From positions 1,410,001 through 1,442,000 of the forward strand of contig NC_013926.1 in NCBI RefSeq assembly GCF_000025665.1: a stretch of DNA of 32,000 bases. Direction: 5' to 3'. The notes beneath the pieces are model-generated. The model did not search any database. It saw only the letters and a program-made list of their open reading frames with translations, and was not told the DNA's origin. This document shows, in pieces, positions 19,901 through 27,657 of the stretch (positions are counted from its first letter, which is position 1; every line of letters starts with the position of its first letter). The DNA is from Aciduliprofundum boonei T469 (GTDB lineage Archaea; Thermoplasmatota; Thermoplasmata; Thermoplasmatales; Aciduliprofundaceae). Position numbers and translations under genes: made by a program.

Positions 19901-21156
19901 GAATAATAAAGAGAAGCGTTATTCTCAAATTTCAATTTTATATCTTCATTTTTTTTGAGGAAAATAACACCCTTCACAGGTTCGGGATAAATATCAGAGG
20001 GATTTATCAAATTCGCTTTTTTGAAAACTTTAACAGCTATCGTTTTATTTTCATATCCATATTTATAAAAATATATTGTATATAACCCTCTTTTAGGAAA
20101 CTTAAGGGTTATTGAAGAATTGAAATTATAAACTTTATAATAACCTTTACTGGATACTCTCAAAGTAGCATCATTTATAGGAGAATTATTTATGGAGTAA
20201 AAGGAGAATAATGTAGGCGTATCTACATATGTAAGAGTTTTTCCTTGAAATATAACAGGCCTATTAGCAACTAAAATTTTATATGAATAGGTATAATTTA
20301 AAACACCATTCTCGACATATGCCTTTATCTCAGAGTTGCCAACATAATTTGCTTTGAGAGTTATGTTAAAACTCACATTCTTAGTTACATAGAGATTTCT
20401 TTTTATAGTAATATTCTGAAAACTTAAATGAAATATGCAATTGCCCGGATTGGCTCCAATATTTTCTATTTTAACACTAACATTAAATTTATTATCAAAA
20501 TAAACCTGGCCAGTGGTATTTAGAGTAACCTTAAATTTAGGATAATTTGGGTTCATCAATTCGTGAGCCCTTTCTACATCATTACTCTTAAACCTTATCA
20601 TAGAAATTGTACCTTTTTTCAATCCAGCGAGCGTTTGGGCAGTAGATAAATCAATTAAGATTTCATCATCTGTAGAATCATTGGTTTTAAACACTCCAAC
20701 TATATGGAGTATAGCTAAAGAAGCTTGAAATGCTCCTCTAACTGTGAGATTCTCCCCAAGATGCAAATGCATATAATAAAACAAGCTTTCTCCCACTATG
20801 GCATCGTTATCATTTTTCGGCATACTACCCTTTACCAACCTTCCATTTTCAATTTTTAAAAATTTTGAAAATATAACCCCTCGTAGGGTAACAGGCTCCT
20901 TGTGAATAGTTGTAAATACAAAAATTTCAGGACTAACCGCGTTTATGTAAGAAGTATTTTCCAAGGCATACGCTAAATCTATATTTAAATTGCTTCTAAG
21001 GGGATTTTTATCAGTAGATGAAGTCAAAACATAAATATCGTTTTTGCCCATTATTTCCTGAGGCATGGCAAATATAGAATTAAGTGATACAAATGTGGAT
21101 GTGAATAGAATTAAAAGGATTATTATAGGAACAATGATAGATTTCTTGAGTATCAT
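16921..21156 (-). CDS. giant FtsX/MacB-type ABC permease with ~1,070-residue extracellular Ig-like/CARDB-like repeat insertion
   Basis: 1411 aa. TM1 spans res 5-29. A MacB periplasmic-core-like domain covers res ~31-195 (PVTLRGVIFSKFLKIENGRLVKGSMP...AIVGESL...LHIVGVFKTNDSTDDEILIDLSTAQTL). Beta-sandwich domains fill res ~200-1235. TM2-TM4 carry the FtsX block IAILRMIGASNRQILEIASKEILIYLTPAILGGIFFGF (res ~1267-1390). I count 56 N-x-S/T sequons in the ectodomain. Confidence 0.88.
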   Translation of the reverse strand: MILKKSIIVPIIILLILFTSTFVSLNSIFAMPQEIMGKNDIYVLTSSTDKNPLRSNLNIDLAYALENTSYINAVSPEIFVFTTIHKEPVTLRGVIFSKFLKIENGRLVKGSMPKNDNDAIVGESLFYYMHLHLGENLTVRGAFQASLAILHIVGVFKTNDSTDDEILIDLSTAQTLAGLKKGTISMIRFKSNDVERAHELMNPNYPKFKVTLNTTGQVYFDNKFNVSVKIENIGANPGNCIFHLSFQNITIKRNLYVTKNVSFNITLKANYVGNSEIKAYVENGVLNYTYSYKILVANRPVIFQGKTLTYVDTPTLFSFYSINNSPINDATLRVSSKGYYKVYNFNSSITLKFPKRGLYTIYFYKYGYENKTIAVKVFKKANLINPSDIYPEPVKGVIFLKKNEDIKLKFENNASLYYSIDNGLIRSSNSTISLLGNLGEMHSIDIYVVENWTMGNATYIVYICKNYSVNISSYISNESGVYYNGNFTINVWSEIPLKNITFYINGHRHDVYLDQNLEKGILNYTYNITVNVKYKNFEVEIYAKNIMNFSAHKIIKPKVLYSSDVIKPEIIIGNRASRFKDELSRDENSSTIKIWSGQSFTIIASDNLEMKNLTVYIFQKYFNASSDNPDVKSLSVTIPTMFRNGTDIYFMPPGIYQGEIIAIDSSGNVNETAFYVDINNTNEKMPPIILGPRILIFGSPTKSFTFRIYDNVGLRYVVFYENDSIIKNVSCYGDNNVTLSLNYSEINDGLYNLTVVAMDVNNNSMELKGKILKNYTDKEPPTILPVPSSIFSGESIIVQAEDNVYMKKLSVYAFGKWFNGTSKVVIPTEYIDGKNNTVEYVPPGSYILKIGAQDIFDNGISKIVHIEINNAHENIPPVIFLPNATKCNASDILTFKAYDNVKVATMWIEVDNLPVIIVNGNNITCRADTLGYGIINAKIFAMDVNGNTASVQYNLLVKDNIPPRILNKTLKIWGGNTTSVFLSDNVGVYNATLEIFGKKFENIGDRIKIPTMFRNGNNISFVPQGTYEGFVRVEDLSGNVNSSEIILIINNTGEKNPPIIVGNTYNVLSRNNTVIFKAYDNVKTEKIWCEENGKMIYGESGGILNLSIYYFSPGLHNVTIYAEDINGNIANMSAEIEVVGIAEYEINASLYKSNITENQRGILNIIIKNRVNEGNCTVRIYIDGNLYTTINTYLNSYETKSFTIQLPYMKEGSHTIKVNNITMTLKVTKIPVEKLPMDLLLKYDKNLKVTGGKEVIYKGFQLSEGNFLLIIYALLTIAIILVSLGLYSSLLKGIKNDTIAILRMIGASNRQILEIASKEILIYLTPAILGGIFFGFISVLAIQHFNLMRAFGHTLIVIVNMDMVIDSILVGIGFLLFSTFLIFRNIFHSKIIYLMGSERSEKISTLEEVLK
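17737..19455 (-). repeat. six tandem ~86-120-aa Ig/HYR-like domains arranged as an (A-B)x3 supermodule inside the giant permease
   Basis: Domains are delimited by PP motifs: A1 19096..19455, B1 18814..19095, A2 18526..18813, B2 18268..18525, A3 17983..18267, B3 17737..17982. A-type domains share ...DN(L/V)......L.V..FGK.F.....IPT(M/E)(F/Y)..G.....(V/M)P.G.Y...I...D..GN. B-type domains share ...F(K/R)(A/I)YDNV........A.D.NGN. IPTMFRNG occurs twice with near-identical DNA (about 19222-19245 and 18109-18132). Confidence 0.75.
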
Positions 21157-22169
21157 TTCATCATCCCCCTCATTCCTTTAACAATGTTAACCTTATTTGC
21201 AGTGAGTAATGGTTGTATTATTCCAAATACCGAGCCAACCAGTATTATTATTAAGGGAAATGCAAAAACTTTGAGTGGTATGTATATAACAAAGTATGTT
21301 AATATTCCTGTAAAAGGAAAAACTGCTGCTACAAGATAAGCTATAACTATTCCTGCAGAAATTCCTAAAAGCATACCGGATACGCCAATGTAAAGAGAGC
21401 GAAGTATGTAAATCGCATCTATATTTTTAGTTGTTGAACCCAACGCCCTTATAATCGATATTTTTTTTACACTTTCCCTTATCTCTATGGTTAAGAGGGA
21501 ATTAATAAAGAAATATACTGCAACAATTGAAATCAGAGCCAATAGTAGCAAATCGGTAGTTATTTCTTCGCTGCTCTTGAAATAAAAATCGCTTAGACCG
21601 ATCATAGAGCTTGTGTGGAATCCATCAATTTTTTCGTTTTTATTAATAATTACAAAATTTGGATTCTTCCTATATTTTTGAGCAAGAGTGTAATTTATAA
21701 TCCCCCAGTAAGCAGGGAATAGAATTAGAGAGTGTATATTTGCAATATGCAAACTGATTGTGGATGAATTCAAAACCACATTAATCTCATTACCTATTTT
21801 ATAATTTTTAAAATCATCGCCCAAAATTATATCTCCGTAGTTGCATTGAAAGAATGAGGATAGTACTTTATGGGGGTCATATATGCCGACTAAATAGGTA
21901 CTTTCATTATCAATTTTAGATGGAATTACATATACATACGCACCATTTATATTGTCTGATATGGGTACAGAACTCCTTAGAATGTTCTCATTTGAGTAAA
22001 TCATATAATAACGAGATTCGAATTTCTCTACCAACTCCTTGTTACTAATTTCAAAACTATAGGTGATTATAGATGTGGATGTGATAAACATAATGACCAC
22101 AGCAATAGCCATTATTGTAATTTTAGATCGTCTTTTTAAAGATATTACATACCTCAAAGGTGCAATCAT
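21153..22169 (-). CDS. FtsX/MacB-type ABC permease (small partner)
   Basis: 338 aa. It has TM1 (ITIMAIAVVIMFITSTSIITYSF), a ~170-aa ectodomain, and a C-terminal FtsX block KKISIIRALGSTTKNIDAIYILRSLYIGVSGMLLGISAG plus two more TMs. Its stop overlaps the start of the giant permease (ATGA). Confidence 0.85.
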   Translation of the reverse strand: MIAPLRYVISLKRRSKITIMAIAVVIMFITSTSIITYSFEISNKELVEKFESRYYMIYSNENILRSSVPISDNINGAYVYVIPSKIDNESTYLVGIYDPHKVLSSFFQCNYGDIILGDDFKNYKIGNEINVVLNSSTISLHIANIHSLILFPAYWGIINYTLAQKYRKNPNFVIINKNEKIDGFHTSSMIGLSDFYFKSSEEITTDLLLLALISIVAVYFFINSLLTIEIRESVKKISIIRALGSTTKNIDAIYILRSLYIGVSGMLLGISAGIVIAYLVAAVFPFTGILTYFVIYIPLKVFAFPLIIILVGSVFGIIQPLLTANKVNIVKGMRGMMK

Positions 22170-22212
22170 TTAATCCAGTAAAAACTATATACATTTATTA
22201 AATTTACTGCTC
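22170..22212. promoter_or_regulatory. 43-bp symmetric bidirectional promoter region between permease operon and ATPase operon
   Basis: The whole intergenic region is ttaatcCAGTAAAaaCTATATACaTTTATTAAATTTACTGctc. A 7-bp inverted repeat CAGTAAA (22176-22182) / TTTACTG (22203-22209) is centred on the middle of the spacer. Two back-to-back TATA-like boxes are each ~27 nt from the start codon they face (22169 on -, 22213 on +). This implies leaderless divergent mRNAs. Confidence 0.45.
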
Positions 22213-22863
22213 GTGCATCTTCAAGCTTTGGATATTCACAAACATTATGGAAAAAAGCCAGTTTTACGAGGAGCCAGTTTAAATGTAGAGCGGGGAGATA
22301 TAGTCATGATAAGAGGGCAATCAGGTATAGGAAAAACCACTTTTTTAAATATAATTTCAGGAATAGACCTTCCAGATAAGGGAAGAGTTATAATCGATTC
22401 TAAAGATATAACCAAGATGAGCGAGAACGAAAGGGCAAAGTTTAGATTACACAAGATAGGACTAATCTTTCAAAGCATGAACTTAATAGAGGATTTGAGC
22501 GTGATTGAAAACATTGCGTTGCCATTAAAACTTGCGGGAAAGAAATGGAAAAAAAGAGTGAATGAGCTTTTACAATATCTTAATATAGAGAATGTAAAGC
22601 ATTCATTTCCAACTGAGTTGAGTGGTGGAGAGATGCAGAGAGTAGCCATAGCAAGAGCTATTGCAAATGAACCTGAAATATTAGTTGCGGACGAGCCCAC
22701 CTCAAATCTTGATGATGAGAATACAGAAAATATTGTGAATTTATTAAGAAAAATAAATAAAGAGATGAATATGAGCATAATAATTGCAACTCATGACCCC
22801 AGAATGGAAAACTTGGATGCAAAAAGATTCTTTATGAAAGAGGGAAAACTGTATGAAGGATAA
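22213..22863 (+). CDS. ABC transporter ATP-binding protein (LolD/FtsE/MacB-NBD-like)
   Basis: 216 aa. Walker A is GQSGIGKTT, the Q-loop is IFQSMNL, the signature is LSGGEMQRVAIARA, Walker B is ILVADEPTSNLD and the H-loop is ATHD. GTG start. Confidence 0.93.
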   Translation: MHLQALDIHKHYGKKPVLRGASLNVERGDIVMIRGQSGIGKTTFLNIISGIDLPDKGRVIIDSKDITKMSENERAKFRLHKIGLIFQSMNLIEDLSVIENIALPLKLAGKKWKKRVNELLQYLNIENVKHSFPTELSGGEMQRVAIARAIANEPEILVADEPTSNLDDENTENIVNLLRKINKEMNMSIIIATHDPRMENLDAKRFFMKEGKLYEG

Positions 22864-23572
22864 ATATTTGGTAGGCATTCTTACTCTTGCATTCTTCTTG
22901 ATTTATTTCGTTCCAAACACCATTGCGAAGTTCATTGCTGTTGCATTCCTCTTATTTTTCTCTCCAGGATTTTTCACACTGAGAATATACAAAAAAATAA
23001 ATAGAGAAGAATTGCTTCTAATAGCGCCCCCATTAAGTTTAGGTATAAGTGGCTCTATAGCCCTACTTCTAGCTGCTTTTTCCATTCTAAATTATGAGAC
23101 AATGTTGATATTTCTTGGGGCATATATAGCTATTGCATTCCTGCTATCATCCTCTGAAGATATTGGAAAATTAAACCTTGAAAAACCTCACAAAATCGCT
23201 GCCATTGTAATTTCTCTCTCACTCATCTTACTCTCCATATGGCTATATGCAGACTTAACTGCACAAAGTTACAGGGAGATAGATATAGCTATAGAAAATT
23301 GGCCTCATAATGCTACCGTGGGTGAGAACTTGAGCTTTGATATATATGTTAAAAATTGGAATTATGAGAACGCACATTTAAGCTTGCAATTTAAGATGAA
23401 CAATAAAACTGTAAAATGGGAAAATTTCACTCTGGGCAAAGGAGAATTTAGGCATTTTATTTTTGAGTGCAATGCCTCACATCCTGGCAAAAATCTCGCA
23501 ACCTTCAATCTATATCTGAATGGAAGTTTTTACACTAATGTTCATGTTTATTTTGATGTAAAATCAAAATAG
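22853..23572 (+). CDS. membrane protein, DUF1616-like (4 TM + C-terminal CARDB-like beta-sandwich)
   Basis: 239 aa. The N-terminal TM bundle carries an FFSPGFFTLRIY motif, similar to the PGY motif I associate with archaeal DUF1616. The C-terminal ectodomain is IDIAIENWPHNATVGENLSFDIYVKNWNYENAHLSLQFKMNNK. Its start overlaps the ATPase gene by 11 nt. Confidence 0.6.
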   Translation: MKDKYLVGILTLAFFLIYFVPNTIAKFIAVAFLLFFSPGFFTLRIYKKINREELLLIAPPLSLGISGSIALLLAAFSILNYETMLIFLGAYIAIAFLLSSSEDIGKLNLEKPHKIAAIVISLSLILLSIWLYADLTAQSYREIDIAIENWPHNATVGENLSFDIYVKNWNYENAHLSLQFKMNNKTVKWENFTLGKGEFRHFIFECNASHPGKNLATFNLYLNGSFYTNVHVYFDVKSK

Positions 23573-23629
23573 TTACTATTTTATACATAAACATTCATCC
23601 CCCATCTATGTGCATGGGAGGTGGTGGCG

Positions 23630-24781
23630 ATGAACCGCCACCTAGATATAAAGCTCATAAAGGAGTCTCTTCCCGCACTTCTTCTCGCGTTAGTTGCAGA
23701 TAGCATTGCTGGATATATTATGAATCAATCCATTAATGTATTTATTGCGGTTCCTGGTCTTCTCATGATGATTCCTGCCCTGCTGGATATGCGTGGGGAT
23801 GTTTATGGAGCCTTTATTTCAAGATTAGGCTCAGCTCTGCATTTGGGAGAAGTTAAAAGCTTGAAAGATAAAAGGGTAAAAATTGAAATTGGTGCAACAA
23901 AATCCCTTGCATATTCATCAGCTTTAATTGTTGGAAGCGTGGTCGGAACATACATCTCAATATCCACAGGCAACTTTTTTTATCTTCTCCTCCTACCAGG
24001 AATCATACTTATTACCCATTTATTCACTGCCACCATTATGACTCCATTAACTGCTTACATTGGAGTAAAAACATTCCAAAAAGGATGGAATCCGGATAAT
24101 GTAGGCGTACCTCTTATCTCAAGTATTGGAGATATGGTAAGCGTTTTCTTTATTGTGACTGTAGCATTGCTTCTACTTTACACTTCAAAAATACCTTTCG
24201 CCTTGCCGATTATAATTTTTATAGCGTTGCTCTACGTTGTAAATATACACCGTAAATCTTTAAAGAATAGCATTGGAAAGAAAATCTATACACAGAGCAT
24301 GCCAATTCTTCTTATCATTGCATTTTTAGAGCTTATTACAGGAAGTATGTGGGAAGGAAATAAAATTGCTATAATCCTTCTGGTAATACCTGTGGTTAAT
24401 GAGACTCTTGGAAACATTGGAAGTATTTTCTCATCAAGGTTAACTTCCTTCATTTATTTGGGGTTTGTAGAGCCAAAAATTTTACCTAGGGGGAGATATT
24501 TTTATAGAGAGGTTCTCTCTCTAACTCTCCTATCCTTACTTCTATATTTGATAATATCATTATTTGTAATATTCATCTCTCGGGATATTAGAGCTGTAGC
24601 CATGGTATGGATTGGTGCATTCCTTTCAATATTCATTCTCATTCTCATAGCCTACTATCTCACCATAGGAAGCTTAAAAGCAAAATTGGATCCAGATAAT
24701 GTAGTTGTACCAGTTATAACCACTTTGGCAGACATAGTGGGAACAGCTTCCTTACTATTTGCCTACTACCTCATTTTCTAA
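23630..24781 (+). CDS. MgtE-like divalent cation transporter, tandem membrane domains, no cytosolic N/CBS sensor
   Basis: There are two MgtE-type TM repeats, each ending in the PDN(V)xVPxI(S/T)(S/T)xxD motif (PDNVGVPLISSIGDMVSVF and PDNVVVPVITTLADIVGTA). The track starts at GTG 23621. I prefer ATG 23630 because GGAGGTG (23617-23623) lies 6 nt upstream. Confidence 0.78.
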   Translation: MNRHLDIKLIKESLPALLLALVADSIAGYIMNQSINVFIAVPGLLMMIPALLDMRGDVYGAFISRLGSALHLGEVKSLKDKRVKIEIGATKSLAYSSALIVGSVVGTYISISTGNFFYLLLLPGIILITHLFTATIMTPLTAYIGVKTFQKGWNPDNVGVPLISSIGDMVSVFFIVTVALLLLYTSKIPFALPIIIFIALLYVVNIHRKSLKNSIGKKIYTQSMPILLIIAFLELITGSMWEGNKIAIILLVIPVVNETLGNIGSIFSSRLTSFIYLGFVEPKILPRGRYFYREVLSLTLLSLLLYLIISLFVIFISRDIRAVAMVWIGAFLSIFILILIAYYLTIGSLKAKLDPDNVVVPVITTLADIVGTASLLFAYYLIF

Positions 24782-24842
24782 AATAGTGATTTTCAAATAA
24801 CTATAACGACCTTCAATATTGTTTCATAATTAAATAAAAATA

Positions 24843-25700
24843 TTATATTTTTTTAAATTTGCCAAGATAGGGCTCGTATATTTCTCCCTTCTCTTGAAGG
24901 GAGAGAAGAATCTCATCTAATTTCTCCTCATCCAGTCCGGATTTCTCCAATAGTTCCTCATAGGATACTCCCTTTCCATCCCTGTCCAATTCATCTATAA
25001 GTTGGAGTACTAAATCCTCCTGCTCAGCGCTCTCTTCTGTAACTTCTTCCTCTTCCACTGTGGGAAGCTCATAACCCATTGCCCTATACTCCGGAAGTAA
25101 GTGCTTCAAAGCATCTTTAAGCATATCCATATACCTTTCCACATTTATACGTTGGTACTTTTGCAAGGCTAGTATTACTCCCTCAGAGAGTTTCTTAGAG
25201 AATCCTAAGGAAACTAGCTTATCTACCGTTGGCTCATCCATCTTAAGTGCCTCGTTCATAGCATCAATTCTTATCTTCAATCTCCTTGCAGTATCAAATA
25301 CCCAGTAATCTCTCAAAATCTCATTTACAACCTTTACTCTCTCAGGTACAACGGATACATACATCAAGTCCTCCCTTGGATTGTAAACATTCACCTTACC
25401 TACAACTGCAACAAATTGTGGAACTTTGACCGTCTCAAGCAATTGTCGTGCATCTGGATTGAACTTCCCTGCCAGGAGATAAAAAGCACCCGTTTGGTCT
25501 GCAATTCTTGCTTTAACGATTTCATCGGTTATCAACCTTACTTCTGTTAAAACCCCCACTATGAACAAACGACTTATCTTTGCTCCTAAGGGAGTTATAA
25601 CATAACTTGGAGTCTTCGGCTCCGTTGCTTTTATGTAGTACTTTGAGGAATTATACTCCGCCGCAAAAACCCTCCAAGCTGGCTCTCTCATAATCACCAC
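24843..25700 (-). CDS. RPA32-like / RPA-associated OB-fold protein (COG3390-like) with C-terminal winged helix
   Basis: The N-terminus REPAWRVFAAEYNSS is the characteristic start of euryarchaeal RPA-associated proteins as I recall them. An OB-fold core (RLFIVGVLTEV...VAVVGKVNVY) is followed by an acidic linker and a wHTH-like tail (YEELLEKSGLDEEKLDEILLSLQEKGEIYEP). It overlaps the upstream rpa gene by 7 nt. Confidence 0.72.
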   Translation of the reverse strand: MVIMREPAWRVFAAEYNSSKYYIKATEPKTPSYVITPLGAKISRLFIVGVLTEVRLITDEIVKARIADQTGAFYLLAGKFNPDARQLLETVKVPQFVAVVGKVNVYNPREDLMYVSVVPERVKVVNEILRDYWVFDTARRLKIRIDAMNEALKMDEPTVDKLVSLGFSKKLSEGVILALQKYQRINVERYMDMLKDALKHLLPEYRAMGYELPTVEEEEVTEESAEQEDLVLQLIDELDRDGKGVSYEELLEKSGLDEEKLDEILLSLQEKGEIYEPYLGKFKKI

Positions 25701-26974
25701 CCCAACTCCTCAAGTAGATTTTCAGCGTTCTTGGCTATATCCTCAAGATTTATGAAGTCAAAATCTCTAACTAACATAGTCAGACCGTATTTCTCTTTTG
25801 ATATTACATTTCCCCTCAATCTCATAGGGACTGCTATTAATTTTTCTTCAATCATCTCCCTTATAACCATCATATTTCCAAAATTCTCTTGCACGATGGA
25901 TATTGCCTTATTCACATCTATACCGAGAATCTTCTCAGTTTGCTCTCTATTGAATATGCAAATCATTCCGCCAGTGCCATCATCAAGGACTGCTTTTATC
26001 CTCAAATCTGGCTTGGGAGTCACCTTACCATGCACTGGGCAAATCGTGGAAGTTAGAACCCTTCCACATTCTGGACATCTGTAAATCAATCCGCTTCCTT
26101 TCTTTACATCAATTATAACTCCTTCAACAAGAACATTGAATCCCCCTTTTCCTTCCAAGCTCTCCAATGTAACTGGAATCTCTCTAACATCTATATTCTC
26201 TTCCCTTTTTTCTATGCTCGCTCTCGGATCAAACACAAGCTGAGGCATACCCCTAAATGTTCTCACATAGGCACCAGAGATACGGAGCACATCCCCCTTA
26301 TGCACTTCTATATCCCAAGCACTAAATGGAATTTCGCCTGTATCATCGCCTATTATGCCTTCATAAACTTTTCTTGGTACTCCATCAACCATTACTTCCT
26401 TGGGATTTGCTTCAAGTATCTTACCCACAACTTCTACAAAACCCATCTTGGGATGCAATTCAACTATTTTTGCAGGATTGATTGTTGTTTTCACATTAAC
26501 CGAATTAGGAGGCAAAAGAGAGAGCTTTGTGTTATTACCAAAAACAAGTTGAACTTTTCCTTGCCATTCTCTAGTATACGCGTTTTTAACCTCTACGCAA
26601 TCTCCCTTGCGCAATTCCACATCTAATTTCCAAGCGGTAAAGGGTATAGTACCCGTCTCATCACCCACAATTCCATAGTACATTTTCCTATTTATTCCAT
26701 CAAGCTCATACTCCTTTGAGTTTATTGTTATAACCTTTAATTTTATATCAACTCTTGCATCATTCGGGCCTAAATCCACAACCTTTTTCTCATTATTTGT
26801 GAGCTTGGAAGGATCCCCTCCCAATTTTGATACTATACTTCTCTTTGCCTCTATAATTGGCACTTTGAAATTTACAATCCAATTGCGAAGCTCCTTTGCT
26901 ATCGTCTCTCTATCCACTTTCCCCCCAAGGATATTGTATATATCATCAACATGCCTGTCAAAATCGTCCATCAA
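25694..26974 (-). CDS. rpa: replication protein A (ssDNA-binding), multiple OB folds plus zinc ribbon
   Basis: 426 aa with repeated OB-fold blocks (GIVGDETGTIPFTAWK... and GIIGDDTGEIPFSAWD...). A Zn motif CPECGRVLTSTICPVHGK lies in the last OB fold. This is the typical euryarchaeal RPA41-like layout. Confidence 0.85.
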   Translation of the reverse strand: MMDDFDRHVDDIYNILGGKVDRETIAKELRNWIVNFKVPIIEAKRSIVSKLGGDPSKLTNNEKKVVDLGPNDARVDIKLKVITINSKEYELDGINRKMYYGIVGDETGTIPFTAWKLDVELRKGDCVEVKNAYTREWQGKVQLVFGNNTKLSLLPPNSVNVKTTINPAKIVELHPKMGFVEVVGKILEANPKEVMVDGVPRKVYEGIIGDDTGEIPFSAWDIEVHKGDVLRISGAYVRTFRGMPQLVFDPRASIEKREENIDVREIPVTLESLEGKGGFNVLVEGVIIDVKKGSGLIYRCPECGRVLTSTICPVHGKVTPKPDLRIKAVLDDGTGGMICIFNREQTEKILGIDVNKAISIVQENFGNMMVIREMIEEKLIAVPMRLRGNVISKEKYGLTMLVRDFDFINLEDIAKNAENLLEELGW

Positions 26975-26980
26975 ATCACC

Positions 26981-27586
26981 TCACATATAACCCTTAACAT
27001 CCTTGTTCATGCTCTTCATAATCTCATCAACTACTTGCTCAGCATCCTTCTTATTCAATCCAACTCTTTTAGTGAGGAATTTTATCAAATCATCTCTGCT
27101 TGCCCCTTCATTCAACCGCTCTTTAACCATGCCTACAAGACGGGCAAATAGCTCATCTCGAAATTCTTCCTCCATATCAAGTGCCTTCACCATCATGTAC
27201 ATCCCTGTAAGTATAGATGCTATTGAATCTTCAAACATACCCTTGTTGAAATACTTCTTTCCAAGATCTACCTGAAGCACAACCTCTTCATTTATGCCTT
27301 CCAAGGCAAATTTTAGATAATCAACCCCGCCATTTAGAATCATAAGAGCCCTTATTATCCTCAACCTTTCTTTCAGCTCTTCAATTGCAGTTTCTATTCC
27401 CGTGTATACCCTTAACCTTATGAAATTTTCATCTTCCATAACATTCAGTATGAATGGAATCTTAGGATGCTGGGCCACAAGTGCATTTCCTTCTCTTTCC
27501 ACATTCCAAGGCAAATCCACAAGGTCCTGGGCATCCTCTGTACCCTCCTTCAACCATTTTTCTATATCATCTAAGAGCATAAGCAT
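26981..27586 (-). CDS. hypothetical acidic protein, first gene of the RPA operon (weak YbjN/T3SS-chaperone-like resemblance)
   Basis: 201 aa, rich in D/E. The core ...IPFILNVMEDENFIRLRVYTG...RALMILNGGVDYLKFALEGINEEVVLQVDL... is followed by a helical tail. It ends 6 nt before the rpa start. The promoter geometry (TTTTTATAC, minus sense, 27602-27610) fits the third codon ATG 27580 better as a leaderless start. Confidence 0.6.
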   Translation of the reverse strand: MLMLLDDIEKWLKEGTEDAQDLVDLPWNVEREGNALVAQHPKIPFILNVMEDENFIRLRVYTGIETAIEELKERLRIIRALMILNGGVDYLKFALEGINEEVVLQVDLGKKYFNKGMFEDSIASILTGMYMMVKALDMEEEFRDELFARLVGMVKERLNEGASRDDLIKFLTKRVGLNKKDAEQVVDEIMKSMNKDVKGYM

Positions 27587-27657
27587 AATATTGAGGAATA
27601 GTATAAAAACTTTGCAACGAGAAAAATATTTATGCTGTTACAAACATATGCCTGTGT

